NCBI GenBank assembly: GCA_019057385.1
Contig: JAHQJS010000004.1
Coordinates: 1,044,727 to 1,108,726 of the forward strand
DNA length: 64,000 nucleotides
Source of the DNA: Candidatus Borrarchaeum weybense
GTDB taxonomy: Archaea; Asgardarchaeota; Sifarchaeia; Borrarchaeales; Borrarchaeaceae
Reading direction: 5' to 3'
Below the pieces are notes generated by a model, which was given only the letters and a program-made list of their open reading frames with translations, did no database searches and was not told where the DNA came from. This document shows positions 1-9,947 of this stretch, piece by piece. The position numbers were made by a program, and so were the translations under genes. Within the stretch, counting starts at the first letter, position 1. Each line of letters starts with the position of its first letter.

Positions 1-494
1 TATTTTATGCAAAGAAATATTTATATACAAGATCAACCAATCCTCTTGCAAATATTTGTCCAAGGATTATCAAGATGGACATATTACAATATCATAAGAT
101 TCGTGATGTGAACTAAACCCCTCAAAAGGCGCCATTGCATTTTGTCAGACTTAATTGCTAAAGATATCAATTTGAATGCAATAGAAAAGATCTTTATGGA
201 CATTGGCGAAATGGATACGTATAGGTTTGTAATGTCCATTTATTAAATGGAGCACGAATCTTTTGATTACACTCCATAAACAGCTCTTCGTAAACAATGT
301 CTATAAAGCTCACAAAAAAATCTGTAATCCAAGACTAATGAATACACTTTCTGCAATATTATATTGAATTTGTATTGCGCGCCTACATTTTTCACACGCT
401 TTTGTAGTTAATGTCCTCAGAATCTCTTTAATTTTCTTTCAAAGAATATTTTATTCAAGAGTGGTGTCTCTCCTGAGCGTTTAAGGTAGACTCG

Positions 495-1130
495 TTAAAT
501 TCCAAGAATAAGAATTATTGCGAATGTTATAAGACCTGCGACCACCATCTTCAATCCTGAGATAATTAAATTATCCTTTGAGATGCGACCGAGAAAAACA
601 CCTAACATAAAAAGTATGGCGATTATTAGAACCATTGATATTTCCATAGCTAGTCTAACAGCACATATATCAAAAAATGATAGATAAATTGGTATTAATG
701 AAACCTGGGCTGCAACAAAAGGTGCTAAAGCATCAATAATTGCAACGTAAAATGACGAAAAACGAGATGCTTTTACTATAATGGAATCTTCCAAATCTGT
801 TAGAAGTGATTGCTCTAATTCTTGAACTTTCTTTTTTCTCTCTGCTGCTTCCGCCATATACGCACCAAATAGTCCCGACATGCCCATGGCTATGCTTGAA
901 CCGAATCCAACACCAATAATAATACGTGCCTCAAAGACTCCCGCAACATACGCACCAACAAGAATTCCTAAGATTGTCAAGCATCCGTCGAACGCATTCA
1001 TAACAAAAAGTCTTCGAGCGATTTCATCAACCTGGGTTATTTCGCTGTAGCGCTTGAATTTTCTACGTAAGTTGTCTATTTTTCCCATTGAGAACACAGC
1101 TTTAATTCTTCGGCGGTGCTTAGAAAACAA
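495..1130 (-). CDS. VIT1/CCC1-family (DUF125) membrane metal transporter
   Basis: RRLFVMNAFDGCLTILG and SGLFGAYMAEAAE motifs, ~5 TM segments; real start may be the internal ATG (MGKIDN). Confidence 0.8.
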   Translation of the reverse strand: MFSKHRRRIKAVFSMGKIDNLRRKFKRYSEITQVDEIARRLFVMNAFDGCLTILGILVGAYVAGVFEARIIIGVGFGSSIAMGMSGLFGAYMAEAAERKKKVQELEQSLLTDLEDSIIVKASRFSSFYVAIIDALAPFVAAQVSLIPIYLSFFDICAVRLAMEISMVLIIAILFMLGVFLGRISKDNLIISGLKMVVAGLITFAIILILGI

Positions 1131-1302
1131 AATTGATGGTAATTAATCTTGTTAACTATGTGAGTTTTTGAAATTAAAAAGATTTTCATTACCTCTCTTA
1201 AAAAATAGGATAATCCTAGCCCGTTGTTCTCCCAACGGACTTTTAAAAACGTATTCAAAAACTATTTAAGATTCATCAAATGATAGGTATGCGGAGATTA
1301 AA

Positions 1303-2328
1303 TTGAGAGCGAGTATCCTTGTAAGCGGAAAGGAAAGTTTAAAGTTTCTTAACGGATTCTTACAAATTATCTCTCCAAAAGACGTAGATGTTAACGTAAT
1401 TGTGGATACCTTTGATTTTTTCAATTTTTATGATATTCGCGTCTACCCACAATTAACAAATGTATTGCTGCTTCTTATGAATCAATTAAATGAAACTAAG
1501 TGGACTGGAAAACATAATGATTCACTGGAAATTAGTACTTTTCTTCAGAAAATTGACGAGGATTTTCCCGCAGTGAAAGAACTTGATGAGATGGGGGATC
1601 TTTTTCTTGCACCAAATATTCTCATTACTCATGGCCTTAAAAAAAATCGTCAATTAAGCACTTGCATAAACGAAATTTCAAAAAACATTACAGAAGCATC
1701 AGTTATGCCTCTTTCAAATGATGAACTTGAATTAGAATTAAACTCTAAAGAATTAAGTGAAGGTGAAGAGCCTAGTAAACAAAAAATTTCCATAGCTTCG
1801 ATGTATGATGCATTTGAATCCGTTACACTTTCACAGGAGGCGCAAACTGCGATCTTAAATTCAGAAGTTATTCTTATTCCAAAGCCTCCAGCTAGGTCCA
1901 TATTAGCGATCTTAAGGATCCAACATTTACAAGAAGCCCTAAAAAATGCTGTAGGGCAGATTATTTTTGTTAGTCCAATTACAGAAACAAAACTTGATTC
2001 AGATAGCCTTCTAGCATTTCAAGGGACGGGATTGGCAGCCTCCGCCATTGGACTTTCAAAAGTCCTACGTGGCTTGGTCGATGTTCATGTGATTGACAAA
2101 ATAGAGGAACCTCTCAAGAATCGGATTACGCGCTATGGCATGAAAGTCGTTTCTTATCCCCTTAACCTTGATACACCTAAGAATCAACTGGAAATTGTCG
2201 AAATGGTCTTAAAGTTGACTTCATTTAGAGATATCGTCGAATCATTAGAATATAAAGCCAAAAAAGAGGTTGACTCACTGAAACAGGGCTTAAAAAAACT
2301 TGTTGGTGGACTTAAACGAAAACGATAA
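1303..2328 (+). CDS. Degenerate CofD/GNK-like (2-phospho-L-lactate transferase fold) protein
   Basis: CofD-like order of motifs (VNVIVDTFD, VMPLSND, SILAILRI, VSPIT, VHVID), but the N-terminal Gly-rich loop is replaced by SGKES. Confidence 0.55.
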   Translation: MRASILVSGKESLKFLNGFLQIISPKDVDVNVIVDTFDFFNFYDIRVYPQLTNVLLLLMNQLNETKWTGKHNDSLEISTFLQKIDEDFPAVKELDEMGDLFLAPNILITHGLKKNRQLSTCINEISKNITEASVMPLSNDELELELNSKELSEGEEPSKQKISIASMYDAFESVTLSQEAQTAILNSEVILIPKPPARSILAILRIQHLQEALKNAVGQIIFVSPITETKLDSDSLLAFQGTGLAASAIGLSKVLRGLVDVHVIDKIEEPLKNRITRYGMKVVSYPLNLDTPKNQLEIVEMVLKLTSFRDIVESLEYKAKKEVDSLKQGLKKLVGGLKRKR

Positions 2329-2355
2329 GATATCGAAAAGTTAGGTCGTGGATAA

Positions 2356-2424
2356 ATGCGCGCGAAATGAAAAAAGAAAAAATAACGAAAAATGCAGCGC
2401 AAACGAAGAAAGAAAAGGAAATAG
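2356..2424 (+). pseudogene. rpl41e: Ribosomal protein eL41 (eS32)-like mini-gene interrupted by two in-frame stops
   Basis: Translates MRAK*KKKK*RKMQRKRRKKRK*, matching the eL41 pattern MRAKW(R/K)KKRMRRLKRKRRK; TGA at 2368-2370 sits at the conserved Trp, TAA at 2383-2385. Confidence 0.7.
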
Positions 2425-2532
2425 TATTGCACAACAACTATTTCAGTTTATCCTAATTTTTCAGACATTTAGATCAAATTTCATGAATAGAATAATTCTC
2501 TTGTAAAATGAAGAAAATATGTAGATATTAAA

Positions 2533-3690
2533 TTGTGTTGTGAATCTATGCGAGTTGCCATTTTCCGTTCAACGCTTCATAAAGGTTCTGGCCAGGTAGT
2601 TCACATTCTTGAATTGGCTAAGCGCTTAGTAAAACTAGGACTAGAAATTGATGTTTTTACAAGAGGATGTGAAATTGAAGCGGATAGAGAAAAAATAAAA
2701 TTAAACGAGATAAAATTCCGTGGATCGACGATTAAGTTTCTTCGAAATATATTAACACCGTTTTACACTAAAGGGTTATTAAGAGACTATTCCCTCGTCC
2801 ACACTATGTACCATCCTGGGATTTATGTTGGCAATTATCTGAATCTCACAGAGACTATGCCCCACGTTTTTACCTATCATGGATTTGCACCCACGTGGAT
2901 ATGGCGCGATATTGGTCAAAAGTTAAAAATGATTGACCATAAGATCGAGACATTCTTTGCATTGAGAAAAGGAAATGACCATATTATTACTGTCTCTAAC
3001 TATTTGAAAAAAGAACTCTGTTCTGTATACAAAGTGTCCCCAAAAAAGATTACCGTCATTTACAATGGTATTGATCTCACCCGGTTCACACCGGAAAATG
3101 TAAAGTATGCACATCAAATTTTAGAGAGATATAAGGTAGAACTACCTGTTATACTATTTTTAGGACGCTTAGCTCCCTACAAAGGTGTGCAATTTCTACT
3201 TAAGGCCGTTCCCCTGATCCTAAAAGAGATCCCTAATGCAAAGTTCCTTATTGCAGGAGGCGCACGTTTTGACATTCTTAATCTAAAGCAGCTTGTTAAG
3301 AAAGAGCATAGATCTTCTGTAATTTTCACAGGTTTTGTTCCAGATGAAGATGTTCCACTCATGTACGCGGCATGTGATGTGTTTTGCTTCCCAAGTTTAT
3401 GGGAGGGGTTCGGCATACCTCCAGCGGAAGCAATGGCAACAGAAAGACCTGTTGTTGCTTTTAACAACTGTGCAGTTCCAGAAGTAGTAAAACAAAATAA
3501 ATGTGGATTCGTAGTTCCACCTAAAAATCATAATGAGTTAGCTAAGGCCGTCATCACTCTTTTACAAGATGAAAAGTTAAGAAAAAAATTTGGCCATGCT
3601 GGAAGAAAACGAGTTGAACGCCTATTCACATGGGAATTAGCTGCAAAAAGAACATTAAATGTCTATAAAAAAGTCTTAAACGAAAGGTGA
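2533..3690 (+). CDS. Glycosyltransferase family 4 (GT-B)
   Basis: VIYNGID, LGRLAPYKG and FPSLWEGFGIPPAEAMA motifs. Confidence 0.9.
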   Translation: MCCESMRVAIFRSTLHKGSGQVVHILELAKRLVKLGLEIDVFTRGCEIEADREKIKLNEIKFRGSTIKFLRNILTPFYTKGLLRDYSLVHTMYHPGIYVGNYLNLTETMPHVFTYHGFAPTWIWRDIGQKLKMIDHKIETFFALRKGNDHIITVSNYLKKELCSVYKVSPKKITVIYNGIDLTRFTPENVKYAHQILERYKVELPVILFLGRLAPYKGVQFLLKAVPLILKEIPNAKFLIAGGARFDILNLKQLVKKEHRSSVIFTGFVPDEDVPLMYAACDVFCFPSLWEGFGIPPAEAMATERPVVAFNNCAVPEVVKQNKCGFVVPPKNHNELAKAVITLLQDEKLRKKFGHAGRKRVERLFTWELAAKRTLNVYKKVLNER

Positions 3691-3697
3691 CCTCCTA

Positions 3698-4366
3698 ATG
3701 AGAGGACTGGCTGCATTTGATATGGATGGAACCCTTTTAGCAAAGCGTACAATTGATGTACTGGCTAATGAATTGGATTTTAAGCAAAAGCTTGTGCAAA
3801 TTGATCAAGCGTCAAAAGGCAAATATGCCTATCAAATCAGTATAGAAGTCGCTCGTTTGCTTGAAAATGTTTCCGCTTCTAGAGTTATTGATATTTTTGA
3901 TCAAATAGAAATTCGCCGAGGAGCCCAGCGTCTAATTAATTTTCTAAAAAAAGAAAAGTTTTTAACAGCAATAATTAGCGATTCTTATACCTTTCTTATT
4001 CAACGTCTAGCTAAAAAACTACAGATCGATGAGATCTGGGGAAACATAGTCGAAATAAATGAAGGTCGTCTGACTGGCAAATTAATTACGCAACCCTGCT
4101 GGAGAAATAATGATCCTAGATGCAAAAGACATTCAGTTTGTAAATTACATGCCTTAGAATCAATAATCAACAAATATAATGTGCCTATGGATAGAATAAT
4201 TGCCTTTGGTGATAGTAGTGGCGATATTTGTATGTTGAAACATGCGAAAGTAGCGATAGGTGTCACTCCAACAAACTTTACTCTTACAGAATATGTGGAT
4301 CTAATAGTCGAAAAAGATTTTGTGGAAAGTTGGAACAGCATAATCAGACTAATTTCAAAAATTTAA
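3698..4366 (+). CDS. HAD-IB phosphatase (SerB-like), possibly a sugar-phosphoglycerate phosphatase
   Basis: FDMDGTL motif I and GDSSGD motif IV; follows the GT4 gene by 7 nt. Confidence 0.8.
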   Translation: MRGLAAFDMDGTLLAKRTIDVLANELDFKQKLVQIDQASKGKYAYQISIEVARLLENVSASRVIDIFDQIEIRRGAQRLINFLKKEKFLTAIISDSYTFLIQRLAKKLQIDEIWGNIVEINEGRLTGKLITQPCWRNNDPRCKRHSVCKLHALESIINKYNVPMDRIIAFGDSSGDICMLKHAKVAIGVTPTNFTLTEYVDLIVEKDFVESWNSIIRLISKI

Positions 4367-4499
4367 AAGGAACACTACGATCTTACGTTTGAGTATTATC
4401 CGATTCTACGTCAGAATAAAGAAGCAGAATCAACTATATTTTCATAAAAAGTCAAAAAGACTATATATATAGAGTTAAAGTATCTCTTTTGAGGGACTG

Positions 4500-5801
4500 A
4501 TGATGACCCCATCAGAAAAGAAAAAGTTAGCAATTATACACTATACGGCGCCACATTTGGAACACGGAGGTGTTGAAAGCGTAATTTCTGAGCATACTGA
4601 ACACCTTTGTGAATATTTGGATGAAATTCATCTAATTTTTGGACGTGGTGGAGGCGGATGGGAGGGTAAAAACGTCATTGAACATCAGATCCCAGAATTA
4701 CATGGATTCCATCCAGATATTGTGCTAATACAGGATATTATCTTTCAAAAAGGCTTGTCAGATGAGAATCTAGTAGGCTTTAACAGAATAAAAGAAAGAA
4801 TTAAAACCCGACTGTGTCAAATTCTTGAGGAAAATGAAATAGACAAGATTATAGTCCACAATATCCCTTCAATGCCCTTCAATTTTCCAGCGCTTGTAGC
4901 TATCAACGAAGTCGCTGAAAAATGTAGCGGCAAAATGATATATTGGATTCACGATTCCATAGTATTTCGGGATATGTATCAGGATCGACTCAACCAATAT
5001 CCATTCACAGAAGTACACCATGCACACAAAAATATTGAATACGTCACAATTACTCACTTTAGAGCCATGCAGTTTGCAGAAACAGAACATGAACAATTTA
5101 GGATAGAAGATATCACAGTAATTCCAAATGGAATCGATCTCGATGATTTTTTAAAGTTAGACAAACACACGTTGGAACTTAAAGAACATCTGGAGATTAA
5201 TCACAATGATTATATTATTTTAGTCCCCGTAAGGGTGACTCCTCGGAAAAATATTGAACTTGCGCTCTATGTTGTTAATGAATTGCGCAATCTGATACGC
5301 ACTGGTAATATTAAATTATTGATATCTGGACCGCCTGATAACCAGGCATACATAGCTGGTAAAAAATATATGCGCTACTTGAAAGACACTTCAACAAAAT
5401 TAGGCGTATCTAAAGATGTCATTTTTTGTCATAACCTCATAAGTAAAGAGAGGGTCAGGAAGGAAGGTCGGATTATCAAATGGGGTATCTCTGACATTTA
5501 TAATCTTGCAGATATAGTCTTTGTTCCCAGCAAAGAGGAAGGCTTTGGTTTGCCAATCATTGAGGCTGGTGCAAGTCGAAAACCATTATTTTGTAGTCGA
5601 ATAGACCCTTTCGAAGAATTAGTAAGGGACAACATTGAAGCATATATGTTTGGTTTAGATGAACCCCCTAAAACAATTGCCTTTCGAATTCATAGATTTC
5701 TTATCTCTAGTGCTGTGGATCTGAATTTCAGAAACGTCTTGCAAAACTTCATGTGGTCAAAAATCGTCAAAAATAAGGTTTTACCTCTGTTATTCAGTTA
5801 A
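4500..5801 (+). CDS. GT4 glycosyltransferase, mannosylglucosylglycerate synthase (MggS)-like
   Basis: GGVESVI, VHNIPSMPFN, WIHD, PVRVTPRKNIELA and PSKEEGFGLPIIEA motifs; GpgS nearby. Confidence 0.65.
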   Translation: MMTPSEKKKLAIIHYTAPHLEHGGVESVISEHTEHLCEYLDEIHLIFGRGGGGWEGKNVIEHQIPELHGFHPDIVLIQDIIFQKGLSDENLVGFNRIKERIKTRLCQILEENEIDKIIVHNIPSMPFNFPALVAINEVAEKCSGKMIYWIHDSIVFRDMYQDRLNQYPFTEVHHAHKNIEYVTITHFRAMQFAETEHEQFRIEDITVIPNGIDLDDFLKLDKHTLELKEHLEINHNDYIILVPVRVTPRKNIELALYVVNELRNLIRTGNIKLLISGPPDNQAYIAGKKYMRYLKDTSTKLGVSKDVIFCHNLISKERVRKEGRIIKWGISDIYNLADIVFVPSKEEGFGLPIIEAGASRKPLFCSRIDPFEELVRDNIEAYMFGLDEPPKTIAFRIHRFLISSAVDLNFRNVLQNFMWSKIVKNKVLPLLFS

Positions 5802-5854
5802 TTTAGTATCTAACTCTCTGTTATCTTTGAGTTCTTAGTGAACTGATGGAAAAA

Positions 5855-7126
5855 TTAACTAACAAGTGTTTCAGTCACTTTCAATTGAATTTCATCTGCA
5901 AATGCTTCGAGTTCTTTTCCTTCAGCATATGCCTTTTTTAAAAGTTCGACTCGTAATATCATAAACTGCATACAGACTGTAACGAGACAACGACCGATAA
6001 ATCCGTAATTTGTCTTATCTATCTCTGATATGAGTTTTCTAAGCAACGTTCCATGGTTCTGACAAACAATGTCTAAATTCGTCACATTAAGCGCTGTTTC
6101 AAAATAGCCAGGACGTATTGAGACAAGTTTTTCATATTCGTCCTTTCTTTCCTTATTATATTGTACAATTATTTTTTTATAGGGATCAGTATCAATTGGC
6201 TTATGTTCAATCTCTTCTTCTAGGTCACCATAAGTTGGTGGGTTTTTTGGAATCGTTGGTGTTCGTTTATTGATATCTAAAAGTGCAATCATCCGTGTAA
6301 TTCCACCGATCAGTTCGTTGAACATTTTTTCAATTGTACCAACACCCGCATCATCATATCTTAGAGCACTTCGATCTACCTTTGGTGTTACTTTCGCAGC
6401 ACAGCATTTGGCGTTGTGTTCCAAAAGACTTAATACAACAATTGACGTATCAATGGCCCATGTTCTGTAATTGTCGATGGAACTCTCAAGAGAATTGGAT
6501 AATTTGATAAACATATTTGGAGAGATATCGATAGTGTTATCCAATTCTTCTTTTATTTGCTCTTCGTTTTGAATATTAAATAGTTTTTTCGCTAAGTTTT
6601 TTGTAAGTAAATAGTAACCTGAAATAAACCCAGGCACGTTGTAATCGAGATAACATGTAAAATAGACTAGCAAGGAGTTTGTTATTAATCCTGAAAATGC
6701 CGAACGCGGCATATCAACAAAACAAATATCTGCATCGTATTTTTTTATTGATTCAAGCATATGAGGAAACTTACCTTCAGGGATGGTTTCATCGCCATCC
6801 ATGAAACCAACGAAATCACAACCATTTAAATACGCTATAATGGCACCGTTTGACATCGAATGGCCTTTTGTGCAATAACCTGAATATTTGGAATCTAGAG
6901 GTTCTTCTAGTATGCGGAGCGGTAACCGATGTTTTTTTCTCAATTCTTTTATAACTGAAACGGCATTCTGTTTATTTGGATCAAAAATAGTTACATAAAA
7001 TTTTACATCATAACTTGATTCTTTAAATTCTTCGTGAATCTTCAGAATACTTTCTGCCAAATCATTAGGGGTACAATCTTCGTTAATATATGCGGAATAA
7101 CAGACTCCAATCGTTCTACGTTCCAC
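5855..7126 (-). CDS. GT-A glycosyltransferase, divergent glucosylglycerate/mannosylglycerate synthase-like
   Basis: TKG..., FMDGD (DxD), SGLITNS and TWAID motifs resemble Ggs/Mgs; downstream of gpgS. Confidence 0.5.
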   Translation of the reverse strand: MERRTIGVCYSAYINEDCTPNDLAESILKIHEEFKESSYDVKFYVTIFDPNKQNAVSVIKELRKKHRLPLRILEEPLDSKYSGYCTKGHSMSNGAIIAYLNGCDFVGFMDGDETIPEGKFPHMLESIKKYDADICFVDMPRSAFSGLITNSLLVYFTCYLDYNVPGFISGYYLLTKNLAKKLFNIQNEEQIKEELDNTIDISPNMFIKLSNSLESSIDNYRTWAIDTSIVVLSLLEHNAKCCAAKVTPKVDRSALRYDDAGVGTIEKMFNELIGGITRMIALLDINKRTPTIPKNPPTYGDLEEEIEHKPIDTDPYKKIIVQYNKERKDEYEKLVSIRPGYFETALNVTNLDIVCQNHGTLLRKLISEIDKTNYGFIGRCLVTVCMQFMILRVELLKKAYAEGKELEAFADEIQLKVTETLVS

Positions 7127-7210
7127 CGTTTCAACTCCAAAACGTTTTCAAAACTGTACACATTCATCCATTTATTTGCTGTGACAAAATTAAAGTGGAT
7201 TTTCTTTGTC

Positions 7211-8668
7211 CTAAATCAAGCCTACTGCATGTATACGTGACCAGGTACTTTGAATGCTCCTTCTTCTTAACATTTCACGAATTTGAAAGTACGCATCTGT
7301 TTCTTTTTCAATCATTCGCCAAGGTGGTAGGTAAAGCGTTTTTCCTTCGCTTTCAAGCCACTTTTTTATTAACAGTGCTCGAATAATTTCAGTATATTTG
7401 TTGATCCTTTCTGTTTCCTCCTCTAATGAGAATACAAACTTTTTTTTAATGAATTCTTCGAATTTATTTTGAAGTGTTTCAACTGTATTCGCATCGGCTT
7501 CTAACATTTCTTTTGCTGTAATTTCATATTCTGAAAGTATTGTTTTGAGTAAATCTTCTTGAGAGAAATCTATACCATGCGAATGAAGATGATCTTTCAA
7601 TGTCATGATAATCTGTTCGGACATTTTCCACAAACCAGTTAAGGACTGTCCTATGTGCTGGAAAAGTCCAAGATCGACTTGCGCTAGAGGAATTATACCT
7701 ATCGTTTCACATAATTGTAGCAGAGTTGAGATTTCAATTCCATAATGATATGGAATCCGTAACATTTCAAGAACGTCTCGTGATAGGGCCGCTTCACCAG
7801 AAAGTGGATATCTAAAAGTTTCGATTCCTTCAAATACATTGAAATGATTTGCAATCACTTTCATTAGTGGCTTTGCGAGAAGACGAGTGACACGTCCTCC
7901 GAGTTTTGTTACATCACTTTTATCGCTTAATCGTGTTGTCAATCTATGATAATAGGCTTTTACATATTTAATCGCGGAATCTTCTACGGTTTTTGTATAA
8001 ATGATCGGGTGGCATAAGCCGACAACAAACTCCTTTTTAAAACCCTTTATGTCTGAATCTACGAAGCATACGACGTCACCGATAGTAATCGGGGTTGATA
8101 GCCATATCCCTGCGCCTTTACCTGGAGGGACGCCAAATCTCCCAGCAACGTTAAATGCCCCATATTTTGCTAATACTTTACCCATATTCTCATCAAACTG
8201 ATTTACAACCTTTAAAACAAAATCAAAAAAGCCTTTCTTCGCTTTAATGCGTTCACTCATGTAGGCATTTAACAATTTAATCTGTTCTTTGAATAACCCT
8301 AATTCCTCAGATGCCGTTTCAACAACTTTTTCTAGAACCGTATATGAAGGCTTCCCTTGGCTATCTGTTGAGCCATCAATTACAATTATTTCGTCAAGAT
8401 ATCCAAGATCTACAAGTTTGCTACATTCTGACAAAACTTCACCAAGAACCTTTAATTCTAACTTTCGAGTCTCTCCATTCTCAATGTCTATTTTAGTAGG
8501 AATAATTAAACTAATGCTAAGAGGTCGATTAAGGTTGGCCTCATCTAAAACAAGCGTATTTAACTTTAGAGAGATCGCTTCATCAAGGGATATCTTTTCA
8601 TAATGGCCCAAATCTAAAACTCGTTTTTTCCATTCAAATCTAGTGTCCAACAATTTATTCTCTCCCAA
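7211..8668 (-). CDS. gpgS: Glucosyl-3-phosphoglycerate synthase (GT81) with helical insertions/extension
   Basis: PGKGAGIW, FVDSDI, VKAYYHR, GGRVTRLLAKPL, YPLSGE and YGIEI motifs. Confidence 0.8.
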   Translation of the reverse strand: MGENKLLDTRFEWKKRVLDLGHYEKISLDEAISLKLNTLVLDEANLNRPLSISLIIPTKIDIENGETRKLELKVLGEVLSECSKLVDLGYLDEIIVIDGSTDSQGKPSYTVLEKVVETASEELGLFKEQIKLLNAYMSERIKAKKGFFDFVLKVVNQFDENMGKVLAKYGAFNVAGRFGVPPGKGAGIWLSTPITIGDVVCFVDSDIKGFKKEFVVGLCHPIIYTKTVEDSAIKYVKAYYHRLTTRLSDKSDVTKLGGRVTRLLAKPLMKVIANHFNVFEGIETFRYPLSGEAALSRDVLEMLRIPYHYGIEISTLLQLCETIGIIPLAQVDLGLFQHIGQSLTGLWKMSEQIIMTLKDHLHSHGIDFSQEDLLKTILSEYEITAKEMLEADANTVETLQNKFEEFIKKKFVFSLEEETERINKYTEIIRALLIKKWLESEGKTLYLPPWRMIEKETDAYFQIREMLRRRSIQSTWSRIHAVGLI

Positions 8669-9150
8669 GAATCTACACAGTTCTTAATCTGTTGTATAGA
8701 AGCCAATTTATAGGAGATCGGAAAGAATGGGTATTTGAATTCATCCGATGTTCTGCGCCTTTACCTTGAATTGGATGAGTATCCAACAAAAAGTACTGTA
8801 TGAATTGTTATAGCTAAATACACATGATTGTCGCAGATTCCATCCGTTAATGCAATAACGCTTTATCTTAGGACGTGTTCTTTTTTAAATATTATCAAAG
8901 TTTTTCCCTAGAAAGTAGTCAGCGTAACCAAGTGCGACGAAACATAACACGCATTTTAAAAAAATTGTTGATAGCAGGCAGCCTATGCGACTGTCTGCAT
9001 TTGTTGGAGATATGCCTTGAATTTTAAATTATTCTTGCGATTTCATCGAATTATGTTAGAGACCTTATACAAGAATGACCTTGTGAGAATGCACAAGCGT
9101 GTGGCAAATAATAAAAAAATTATTGAAGCGGGCATCAAAAACCCATTTAT

Positions 9151-9945
9151 TTAAAATTCGTCTTCTTGCGGTGGGCGTCTCAAATTGTAAAGTGCTCCAT
9201 TATATCGCTTCGTTAATTGGTAGCTATCGTAGATTGCATATAAATACCACACAAGCGCAGGCAGAATGAATAGACCTGCACCAAAGATCCATGATAGACC
9301 TGCACCAAAGATCCATGATAGACCTGCACCAAAGATCCATAATCCAATAGTAATAACAAGGAAGACAAGACCACGCCTAATTTTACCTACAAACAAATGT
9401 CCAAGACCTGCAAGGACGATAGTTAAAAGAACAGAGATGCCTTCGTCTTTCCTTGCGAGAGTAAGTTGTGCATCTGTCATCTGAGTCGGATAAGGCTTCG
9501 GAACAGGCGAGTATTTTGGGGACATTGATGTTGTACCAGGGGATGGAGGTACAAAATCTTTTTCGGGAGTAAGAGAAGCACCACATTGCGTGCAGAAAAG
9601 ACTCTCAGGAATATTAGTTTCACCACAATAAGGACATACTTTAATTCTACTCTGCAACATCCCTTTATACTTTGTTTTGGTTTTATCCTTTACAAGTTCT
9701 GAAAGTCGACTTTTAATTTCGCCTAGTTGACCTTCTAACAATGTCAAGTTTTGCTCAAGCATTTCTCTTTCTTGTGGTGGCGGCATAGCTTCTGGCTGAA
9801 CTATTGGACTAGATTTGTAGGGAGCACCAGATCCGTAAAGATAGGGCATTGCCCACCACCTTCTAGGCAGCCATGGAAACCATCTGCAGGACCAAGAGGT
9901 ATTTGGACCGAATCCGACACCTCTACCGCGTCCACCTCGTCCCAG
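9151..9945 (-). CDS. Fusion of Gly/Arg/Trp-rich N-terminus, DUF5320-like coiled coil, double zinc ribbon and TM2-like membrane domain; probable CTG start at 9945
   Basis: Frame is open upstream of ATG 9849 to CTG 9945 (LGRGGRGRGVGFGPNTSWSCRWFPWLPRRWWAMPY), preceded by GGAGG; CPYCG/CTQCG; LAGLGHLFVGKIRRG. Confidence 0.7.
   Translation of the reverse strand: MGRGGRGRGVGFGPNTSWSCRWFPWLPRRWWAMPYLYGSGAPYKSSPIVQPEAMPPPQEREMLEQNLTLLEGQLGEIKSRLSELVKDKTKTKYKGMLQSRIKVCPYCGETNIPESLFCTQCGASLTPEKDFVPPSPGTTSMSPKYSPVPKPYPTQMTDAQLTLARKDEGISVLLTIVLAGLGHLFVGKIRRGLVFLVITIGLWIFGAGLSWIFGAGLSWIFGAGLFILPALVWYLYAIYDSYQLTKRYNGALYNLRRPPQEDEF
9270..9340. repeat. 24-bp tandem repeat, ~3 copies, encoding WIFGAGL(S) x3
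   Basis: (g)atagacctgcaccaaagatccat repeated with period 24. Confidence 0.95.
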
Positions 9946-9947
9946 CT

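Noticed and set aside
1-494. Possible gene fragment or IS end (gtgaacta at ~108) at the window start
   Set aside because: No sustained ORF and no matching hairpin; too weak to call.
9270-9340. 24-bp direct repeats as a CRISPR array
   Set aside because: No spacers; the units are contiguous and in-frame within a CDS.
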